The notes under the pieces: model-generated
Databases searched by the model: none
What the model was told of the DNA's origin: nothing
The model's input: the letters and a program-made list of their open reading frames with translations, nothing else
Program-made: the position numbers and the translations under genes
Assembly: GCF_963921235.1 (NCBI RefSeq)
Contig: NC_086097.1
Location: forward strand, 149,484,001 to 149,548,000
Direction: 5' to 3'
From: Mobula hypostoma
Taxonomy: Eukaryota
DNA length: 64,000 nt
Shown here: piece by piece, positions 54,612 through 64,000 of the stretch
Position numbering within the stretch: the first letter of the stretch is position 1
How the letters are laid out: every line of letters begins with the position of its first letter

Positions 54612-56190
54612 CTGGCACCTGTATGGGTCCCAGCTATGGCTGCCTTTTTGTTGGCTTTGTGGAACAATCTATGTTCCAAGCCTACACTGGTATCTGTCCC
54701 CCTCTTTTCCTTCACTACATCGAAGACTGCATTGGCGCTGCTTCCTGCACGCATGCTGAGCTCGTTGACTTCATTAACTTTGCCTCTAACTTTCACTCTG
54801 CCCTCAAGTTTACCTGGTCCATTTCTGACATTTCCCTCCCCTTTCTTGATCTTTCTGTCTCTATCTCTGGAGGCAGCTTATCTACTGATGTCTACTATAA
54901 GCTTATGGACTGTCACAGCTACCAGGACTATTCCTCTTCCCACCCTGTCTCTTGCAAAAATGCTATCCCCTTCTCGCAATTCCTCCGTCTCTACCGCATC
55001 TGCTCTCAGGAAGAGGCTTTTCATTCCAGGACAAAGGAGGTGTCTTCCTTTTTTAAAGAAAGGGGCTACTCTTCCTCCACCATCAACTCTGCTCTCAAAC
55101 GCATCTCTCCCATTTCACACACATCTGCTCTCACCCCATCCTCCCGCCACCCCACTAGGAATAGGGTTCCCCTTGTCCTAACCTACCACCCCACCAGCCT
55201 CCGGGTCCAACATAGTCTCAGTAATTTCCGCCACCTCCAACGGGATCCCACCACCAAGCATATCTTTCCCTCCTCTCTCTCCCCCCCCGCCCTTCCGCAG
55301 GGATCGCTCTCCATGTGACTCCCTTGTCCATTCATCCCCCCCATCCCTTCCCACCGATCTGCCTCCTGGCACTTATCCTTGTAAGTGGAACAAGTGCTAC
55401 ACATGTCCTTACACTTCCTCCCTTACCACCATTCAGGGCCCCAGATAGTCCTTCCAGGTGAAGCGACCCTTCACCCGTGAGTCGGCTGGTGTGATATGGT
55501 GCTCCCGGTGCGACCTTCTATATATTGGTGAGACCTGACACAGGCTGAGAGACCGTTTTGCTGAACACCTACGCTCTGTCTGTCAGAGAAAGCAAGATCT
55601 CCCAGTGGCCACACATTTTAATTCCACATCCCATTCCCATTCTGATATGTCCATCCACAGCCTCCTCTACTGTAAAGATGAAGCCACACTCAGGTTGGAG
55701 GAACAACACCTTATATTCCGTCTGGGTAGCCTTCAACCTGATGGCATGAACATTGACTTCTCTAACTTCCGTTAATGCCCCTCTTCCCCTTCACACCCCA
55801 TCCCTTATTTATTTATTTAATATATATATTTTTCCCCTTTTTTTCCCTCTTCTCTCTCTGTCCCTCTCACTATAAATCCTTGCCTGCTCTCCACTCTCGG
55901 GGCTCCCTTCCCCCCTTCTCTCTCCCCCCAGGCTTCCTGTCCCATGATCCTCTCCCTTCTCCAGTTTGGTATCCCTTTTGCCATTCAATTTTCCAGCTTG
56001 TAGATCCACCCCTCCCCTCCTGTCTTCTCCTATCACTTTGGATCTCCCCCTCCTACTTCCAAATCCCTTATTATCTCTTCTTTCAGTTAGTCCTGCTGAA
56101 GGGTCCCAACCTGAAACTTCGACTGTACCGCTTCCTATAGATGCTGCCTGGCCTTCTGCGTTCCACCAGCATTTTTTGTGTGTGTTGCTC
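54612..56190 (+). mobile_element. Penelope-like retroelement (Neptune-type), 5'-truncated
   Basis: RT GT.MGPSY.CLF.G..E, YIEDC (YIDD-like), KFTWS, DVYYK; GIY-YIG remnant; tail with mutated hammerhead at 56089-56124. Confidence 0.92.
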
Positions 56191-56279
56191 AGTTTTACTT
56201 TCCTGCAACCATTGACTCTGATATTTCAAGAATTTGCCTACTGCAATCACTTATAAAAACAATGATTAAATTTTCACTT

Positions 56280-58817
56280 TTCTGGAATGAGTTCCTAGCA
56301 TTTACAACCAACAAAGAGAAGAAAATACCCCAATTTATCTGTGTGACCTCTTATTCTGACGTAATTCTAAATGATCCAGAATGATTAGCTAAATGAAGAA
56401 TCTTTTCTTCATCTACACTATTAAACACCCTCAGAATCTAACATTTTTCATAAGATCACATTCCATTCTTCTCAACTTCAATGGCTTTGCACTCAATCAC
56501 TTAGTCACTCTTCTTAATAACATCCCTTCATCCCAAAAGTCAGCCTTGTGAATTTTCTCTGAGCTGTGTCCAGTATCAAGATTATCCCTTCTGAAAAAGA
56601 GCAAAACTATATGCTGCAGTTCAGCTGTGTATTTAACAACATCTATTTCAGAGGTAAAAACACTTTTATACCCATTTTTGTTTTGCTTAAAATCAACATT
56701 CCCTTTGTCTCTGCTTTAATCCCAGGATAAATTTCTATATCTCATTTGTGAGATTTTCCAGATCATCTAGTCAGCAACATTCTGTAGTCTCTATCTTTTT
56801 AAACTCTTTTTGATTCAGTTAATTTCCTGGTGCAGTTCTCCACTGGCATCTCAGCTTCTATCTGCTTAGTGTTGCCCAGCACAGCAAAGAGGATCCTTCA
56901 GCACAGACAACTAATTGCTTTTATAGAATCCCTTTGACAACTGGTAAGATTCCCAACCCCAACTCAGCCCACTTGTTGTTCGTGAGCTTGGAGCCGTTTT
57001 CATGTTATCCACTAATTTTCATGTTATATCCAAATTTTCTGTCAGCTCATTTACATACTTATCAAAATCATTCACGTATCACAGCAAAGGTTCCAGCACT
57101 AATCCTTGGAGAATATCATTGTTCACAGACTTTCGATCAGAAAAACACTCCTCCACTGTTACACTCTATCTTACGATCAAACCAAATTTGGATCCAATTT
57201 GCCAACTCAACTTGAATCCTATGTGACCTAATCTCTGGACCAACCTACCATGAGTGATTCTGTCAAATGCTTTGCTTGAGTCCAGAAAGCAACATCTATT
57301 GCCCTACCTTCATCAATTATCTTTATCACTTCATTGAAGAAATCTATCAAATTTGTCATCTGGGACCTCTCCAATCTAAATGCATGCTTACTATCCCCAA
57401 TATTTCCATGCTTTTCCAAATGCAAGCAAACCATGGCATAAATAACCATTGTTTTTGTGCATAAATAACATAAATAGGTGTGCTTATTGAATTAAGTTCC
57501 TTTTTTGTAATAGTTTTATTTATAATAATGTGCTTACAGTTTCTGTGCTTCTGCTTACTTATTTTCACAATGAAGTTAGACTTATGGTGGGAATCAAAGG
57601 TACAAAGGCCAAGAAGAGACCCTTCTAACGTGTTCTGTCCTTCACTGTTACTGATCTGGTGATTTGTTGTTTGGGAACTGTTTTGCCATTTCATGGGGCA
57701 GCAGGGCATTCATTGTACATTTTTGATTGAACATTGATTGTTTTTCAGGCACACTTCTCTGTGGTCAGATCAGTTTTCCAAATATACAGCTGTGTAATGT
57801 TGAAACCCAGCAGACAAAACTGACCTCTACGCTTGGAGATGGTGTTTGCAGAGGTGTTAAGTCCAACAAACAAAAGAAGACGTTCATGTTCATCATTGGA
57901 GGACAGGTGTTTAGTGGCTGTAAGTTCTTGATCTACTATTTACTCAGCCATGTTCAGTTTTAAATAAAGGAAAGCAGGGTTTGAAAGATAACTGTCTTGA
58001 AATTCATACTTCTGCAATGCACCAAACTTTATTCACAGAATTTACTTTTGTACTTGAGTTGCATTAGAATTTTGTGAAAGTATTAGCCAAAATAAGTACA
58101 TTGCATTCCATTAGCAGCCATTAACTAATGATAAGCTAATTGAGAGATTAATACTAACTTGTACTAGGGTCATCTCCCCGGTCGTCTTCAGATAGAAACA
58201 ATGCCAGGTTTGAAATTAGAACTAGAAACTTCTGATAATTCATGTGCGATGTATAAAATTAGGACAGTTCTTATCTCAGCTCTTGGGTTAGAAACCAGAT
58301 AAACTGACCAAAGAATTAGCTGACCACATGCTCTTGCCTCTATCTTATTGAATAGCCTGTCTCTGTTCAGACCTGATCAAGAAGAATATCATAGCCAGGG
58401 TCTTATTTGATGAATTGAGGCATCAATCCGTGTGAGATACAGTGATTTAGTATGAGGCTGCATTCATGATCTCACACATTGTGATATATTCAAATTTGGA
58501 AATTCAACAATGAAAAGCAGTACATGCACATTGTTATATCCCTTACAGCAGGACAAAATACTGGAAATAGCAATTTTCCTGATAAATTCTTGTGGATCTT
58601 TCAGATAAAAATATGTTGTCAAAAAGATTGATGCAAATAGATAACAGTAAAATAAACCAATTCGGTTTTCATAGAGATTTGGATGAACTTTGAAAAAGTT
58701 TTCTAGTTCATAGCTACACAGCATTGGAATATCACTTGTATGATTAGTTCTGCTTCATAGTTTAGTAGATTCAGTTCAATGAAAGTGTTGCACTAACTAA
58801 TGTTCATTTGATCAGTA
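56280..58817 (+). repeat. Intragenic tandem duplication unit B (contains exon 27b)
   Basis: Shares intronic strings with unit A, e.g. gagctgtgtccagtatcaagattatc, tgttcagttttaaataaaggaaag, ttgcctctatcttattgaa. Confidence 0.85.
57749..57919 (+). CDS. TG: Thyroglobulin exon 27 equivalent, copy b (duplicated exon)
   Basis: tttttcag|GC ... GGCT|gtaagt; 171 bp, phase 1-1, no stop codon. Encodes GTLLCGQISFPNIQLCNVETQQTKLTSTLGDGVCRGVKSNKQKKTFMFIIGGQVFSG; 33 of 57 aligned residues identical to copy a by hand alignment. Use in mRNA is not proven. Confidence 0.8.
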
Positions 58818-60907
58818 GACCATTTGCAGTGGAAAAAGTTTAGAAGCTAAAACTTAAAAGGTTTCAAATGGGTTTTTGCCACCAAACTTTTCATTATCCC
58901 AAATGGTCATGTATAGATTTTATTAATTTTCCCTTACTCATTCAACGTCCCAGATTAATAGATTTTATGCAATAATTGTGTAAGCTTACATTTTATTTTG
59001 AGACTTTGTCTGAATAGCCTCCTTTCCCACTAAGAAATTTGAAATAAATGATTTGTTTTAGGTCTGTGAATAAATGAGAAGCCCATTTCTTACATATTGT
59101 GCACACACTGATCAAAAATACCGTGAAAATACCGAATGGAGAAGGAAATTTTGACATTATAACTAGAGGTGCCATGTTTCACTAGTTCTTTCTCAGAAGG
59201 CCATTCCCTCTAGTTACTGGCCACAAACTACTGTTGCATATTATATGGGACCAAAACCCACTATTCTTACAATGACAGCATCAGTAATGCAGAGATGGGC
59301 TACCCTACTATCTCAATACAACTGTAGCATTTGAAGAAAGAACATTTAAAATGCAGAAGACACAAAGAATGAAAATTACAGGCAAGGGAAGGAAATTTTC
59401 TGGTCAGAGAAGTAAACCAGCTGAAACTACTAAATATGAAAAGGCCTGATTTTGAAGCAAGTCACTGAGCAAGATTAAGTGGATTGGTTGATCCCATTCA
59501 AGTCTAAATGAGGCTATAGATATAACACTGTGGAGGCCATATGTTTTCTACCAACTAATGTAGCATAAAATAGGGACACAAGTTAATGCTACTGAAAGAA
59601 TTTCTTTACAAAGTTATGTAAAGAAATTCTATGCATTAGGGTTTAATGTAGTGAATATAAAAAGCGACTATTAGAAATGTCTTTTGGCCTGGATCAGACA
59701 AAGAGTGAGGAGAGCAGAAGACAGCATATCAAAAAATCTCCTAAAATGAATCCCACGGCTTTTTAAGAAGAAGCAACATATAATGTTTATGAAGAAAATC
59801 AATTAGAGACTTTGTCATTTGAGTCCAGGAGTAGATAATATTCCAACAGCATCTGATGAATCTTGAAGTGCTACTGGGAAATCTCAGACAGACTGGAACT
59901 TGGTTAAATTTGTAAATAAATGAATTCAATTTACATTTAAAACAGAGAAAATAATTGTAATAGCTTATTTTAAGGCTGCCACTTCTCTTTAAGGATAGTG
60001 TGCCATGTAACTTGCAACAATGCACATTGTAAATTCCAGAGTCAATCATGAATAGCCAATGAATTAATCACATATACCTTGTCAGAGCTTCCTGTGTCTC
60101 TCATGCATAAATGTAAACACACTTCAGGTTCTGCACCATTGTGCCCATGTTTTGCAACTTCAGATATGCAGAATGAAGCAAGCCAAGAAGAAAAGAATAT
60201 TTAAGCTTCAGATAAACAAAAGATTTTAAATCAAAAACTTTGCTTTTAAGGCCATTCAACCCATCATGTCTATGCTAGTATATAACATTTCCATCAACTC
60301 TAAGGAAATCCCTGGTTATTTCGCTTTTACCTATTCTCACTCACAAACCCATGAATTTCACCTTGATTCCACACCTACCCCAAGGGCAATGTACATGAGC
60401 AAAATAATTGACAGATCTGAACAGCTTTGGGATATGGGAGAAAACTATGGCGCTCAGGGGAAAGCTATGCAGTCACAGGGAGGTTGGGCAAACCCAACAT
60501 GGGCAGCATTGGGGGTCAGGATTAAACCCATAGGAGATGTGTGGCAGTGTCACCGAATCATCCACACAGGCAAGATGTTTAGGGTACATTAAATACAATA
60601 GGGATACAAGAAAGAGTGAGAAGGAAAGCTAATTAAAGGATTATCACGCTCTTCATTTTCTATGTCATGCTGATAAAATAGAAGGATGTGAGTTATTTCA
60701 TAATTCTTTCCCAAGGCTATTTCAGAGCACCTAGAAGTTTTTAGGACATCCTCAAGTTCCTTTTTCTTAATGTTTCATTGCATGCTCTGTGCTTATCGGA
60801 GTCTAATTCAGGACACCAAAAGACTATTGTTGTCTTTATCTCATGCAGAATGTTTGAAATGAGCAAGTGTAACATGAAAGGAATTTTGACGTTCTATTTT
60901 CATGCAG

Positions 60908-61027
60908 CTTATGCATTGCTAGCAGAAAGCTTTAAGGATGCTCGGTACTCAAATGAACTGACGCCAGAATTGGAGGAAAATTTTCAGAGAACGTTTAATC
61001 GTTTCCAGCATGTCTACCTCTGGCAAG
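60908..61027 (+). CDS. TG: Thyroglobulin exon 28 equivalent
   Basis: tttcatgcag|CT ... CAAG|gtgagc; 120 bp. Encodes SYALLAESFKDARYSNELTPELEENFQRTFNRFQHVYLWQ, versus human ...LTPLEGTQDTFTNFQQVYLWK. Confidence 0.9.
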
Positions 61028-61429
61028 GTGAGCTTTACATCCTGTTGTTAATGTTTAATTTTACAGCTATCATTTTTTTTTCATCCATTGCCCACCTCCA
61101 TTGACATCCAACATCTTTTCTATGACTCAAACAATTTCCATATCACATTGATCTGATAGAGCTCTTAAAGATAGCAGAATCAAGGGATATGGGGAGAAGA
61201 CAAGAACAGGGTACTGATTGTGGATAATCAGTCATGATCACAGTGAATGGTAGAGCTGGCTCGAAGGGCCGAAAGGCCTACTCCTGCACCTATTGTCTAC
61301 TGTAATGCATATTCATTAAGAGATCAGTTTGTGGCCCCCTTTTAGGATTGACAATGCTATAGTTTGGAGGTTGGTATATAAAAAAAAAACCCTCACAATT
61401 TTTTCTCAATAAAAGAACCAATCAGTTTC

Positions 61430-62732
61430 CCTCCACCATCACTCTCCTTCGTCTGGCAGAACTGATCCTCACCCTCAACAGTTTTGCTTTCTGATCCTCC
61501 CACTTTCTCCAGGCTTGGGGACTAGCCATGGGCACCCACATGGGTCCCAACTATGCTTGCTTTTTTCACTGGCTATGTAGAAGAGTCCATGTTCCACGAC
61601 TTGCCTGGTAATAATCCCCAACTCTTCCTTTGCTACACTGATGACTGTATTGGTAATGCTTCATGCACCCATGCCATGCTCATCAATTTCATCAACTTTA
61701 CCTCCAATTCTTATCCTGCCCTTAAATTCACTTGGTCCATTTCTGACACCTTCCTTCCCTTTCTTGAACTTTCTGTCTTCATTTCTGGAGACCAACTGTC
61801 AACCAACATCTTTTATAAATCTACCAGTTCCACAATTATCTTGACTATAACTCTGTCTCCTGTAAAAATATTAATCCCTTTTCTCATTTCCTTGTCTCTG
61901 CTATATATGTTCCCAGGATGCAGCCGCCTTTTGCAGGGCATCTAAGATGTTGTCCTCCTTCAAAGAACGGGGTTTCCCTTCCTCAAACAATGATGCTGCT
62001 CTCGCCCGCACATCTGTCATTTCTCAAATTGTCTTCCCTCTGCCTTAACAATGATAGAGTTCTTCTTGTCCTTGCCCATCACTCAATGAGCCTCCACATC
62101 CAACATATTCTCCGCAATTTCTGCCATCTCCAATGGAATCCTACCACCATCTTTACCTTCCCCCCCCCCTTCACTTTCCCCAGGGATTGCTCCCTCTGTG
62201 ATTCCCTTTTCTATTCATTCCTCCACACTAATCTCCCTCCCAGCACTCATCCCTGCAAGCAGCCAAAGTGCTACACCTGCCCATTCACCTCCTCCCTCAC
62301 ATCCATTTAGGGCCCCTGGTGAAGCAACACTTCACCTGTGAATCTGCTGGGGTCATCTATTGTGTCTGATGCTCCTGATATGGCTTCCTCTACATTAGTA
62401 AGACCCATCATAAATTGGGGACCACTTTGTTGAACACCTCCACTCCAATCGCCAAATGTGGAACTCCCTGGATGCCAAACATTTTAATTCTGATTCCCAT
62501 TCCTGGTCCTGTTCTGACTTGTCAGTCCATGATGACCTTTTGTACCATAATGATGCCATGCTCAAGGTGAAGGAGCAAAACCTTGTATTCCATTTGGGTA
62601 CACTCCAACATGCTGAAATGAAGCTCGTTTTTTTTTCTTGGTTTTTAAAAAGAAAGTTTCCCTTCCTGCTGACTTCCTCCAACATTTTGTGTGTGTTGCT
62701 TTGGGTTTTCAGCATCTGCAGAATTTCTTGTG
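61430..62732 (+). mobile_element. Older Penelope-like element
   Basis: YTDDC, ALKFTWS, CKQPKCYTC and GIY-YIG remnants. Confidence 0.85.
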
Positions 62733-63009
62733 TACAATTACTTTGTTCAGAAACCATCCAAGTATAATTTCAGATCCTCTTCTATCAATGTCCAGCCCTT
62801 TAGGAAAATGCATGTATAATTCCTACTGTGAATCAATTTTCCGTCATATTTTGCACATGATAATGTCTCCTAAAATCATGGTATGTATTTCTAGCTTGCT
62901 GACAAAAATTGGGTCAAAAGGTTCTGACCGATGATCAGTGGGTTGAGCAGCACCTGTGGAGGAAAGGAGTTGTTGAGGTTTTCTGGTCGAAAGCTTGCAC
63001 CTGGGCCAA

Positions 63010-63400
63010 TTAGAAGATTCAACATTCATGACTGTTTATCGTCATTTTCCGGTACTCAAATGTGAAGGAAAATGAAATGATTGTTACTCTGAATCCTCTG
63101 ATGCAGTATTTAAAAAAAAAAAATACTGAGCATAAAGAACGCAATAAAAATCACAATAAGCATAAATACATCAGATTCTGTTATATTCATTGACTGATTT
63201 ACATATATAAAAATTATGCTAGGTACTGGAGTATCTGTACATAAGGTGACTGACAGGATATGATAAAGTAGAAGTGGTGGGGTGGGTTAATGGGTAAAGG
63301 CATTGATCAGTCTGATGGCATGGGGAAGTAAGTGTTTTTGAGTCTGGTGGTCCTGGCATGGATGCTGTGCAATCTCTTCCCTAATGGGAGTAGGACAATA
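63010..63400 (-). mobile_element. Rex/Babar-like 3' fragment
   Basis: ctgatggcatggggaagtaagtgtttttgagtctggtggtcc, similar to the Rex-like fragments at about 6800 and 17850. Confidence 0.55.
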
Positions 63401-63636
63401 ACTGATGGTCTCTTAGGGAGATAGAAATTCAATTTAATTGTGCAAAGAATTAGATATCAGATATCACAAAGTGTATCAATATTACCAAAGAGTATGGGAC
63501 AATAATGATAAAAGACTTGATATGCAGCATGCTTTCCTTCACAACATATCAATTGTATTTACAGCTTTGACTTTTTCTATTGGGCAGGTTTTTCTTAGGC
63601 ATTTGAACTAAAATTATTGCTTCAATTGATTTTCAG

Positions 63637-63729
63637 ATTCTGACATGAACAAGAGGCTAAATTCCACCAACTCCAAAACTAAATGTTCTGGTCAAACTCC
63701 ACAAGACCAGCAGATTCCCAAACTACCAG
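63637..63729 (+). CDS. TG: Thyroglobulin exon 29 equivalent
   Basis: ttttcag|AT ... CCAG|gtattt; 93 bp. Encodes DSDMNKRLNSTNSKTKCSGQTPQDQQIPKLP, versus human DSDMGSRPESMGC... Confidence 0.88.
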
Positions 63730-64000
63730 GTATTTACAACTCATTATGCAGATTGTGGATGGCATAACTGAAGTTTTTAATACTGAGATTAATCATTTCT
63801 TATCAGGTAATGGTAGATAAATGAAATGGAATATCAATTCAACAATTAGGTCTGATAAACTGAAATTATGATTTCTGTTCCTAATATGATTGTGCAACAT
63901 TCATCAAATTGACATAAATTGTCCAATCCTAGATGACCCGAGAGGCTTGCAAACACTAAATAGCATGTCAGGGTATTTCAGAGGATAGTTAAGAGTAGTC

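Noticed and set aside
57749..57919. Exon 27b as a haplotype or assembly duplicate, or as an ordinary ancient type-3 repeat
   Set aside because: It is too diverged to be allelic (10 differences in the first 55 nt, different TE insertions in the flanks), and the flanking introns are still alignable, which is not expected for TG's ancient internal repeats.
60926..61027. Alternative in-frame acceptor (ctagcag|AA) in exon 28
   Set aside because: Joining it to the terminal T of either exon 27 copy would create a TAA stop.
1..64000. Prokaryotic systems (CRISPR arrays, operons), rRNA/tRNA genes, or a nested antisense host gene
   Set aside because: The sequence is vertebrate intron/exon DNA. I saw no regularly spaced repeat-spacer array, tRNA-like boxes occur only in SINE heads, and the minus-strand ORFs I could interpret are TE-derived or spurious.

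Overview
Eukaryotic (vertebrate) genomic DNA. The repeat content (abundant CR1 LINEs, V-SINE/HE1-like SINEs, Neptune-type Penelope elements) suggests a cartilaginous fish, probably a ray or skate; this is an inference. The whole window lies inside a thyroglobulin (TG) gene on the + strand. I can read 11 GT-AG exons that splice into one continuous open frame and correspond to human TG exons 20-29, covering the type-2 Cys repeats, the last type-1 repeat and the type-3 repeat region. The main anomaly is that the exon-27 equivalent is present twice (53073-53237 and 57749-57919). Both copies are open, phase 1-1 symmetric and have canonical splice sites, and they sit inside an old intragenic tandem duplication, so they are a candidate mutually exclusive or cassette exon pair. 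The introns are filled with decayed retroelements: CR1 LINEs, a decayed Gypsy LTR element, two solo LTRs, Rex/Babar fragments, SINEs, a Mariner-like MITE, and Penelope-like elements whose tails carry minimal hammerhead ribozyme motifs, several on the sense strand of the TG pre-mRNA. Comparisons to human TG sequence and exon sizes are from recall, not from a database search, and repeat boundaries are approximate.
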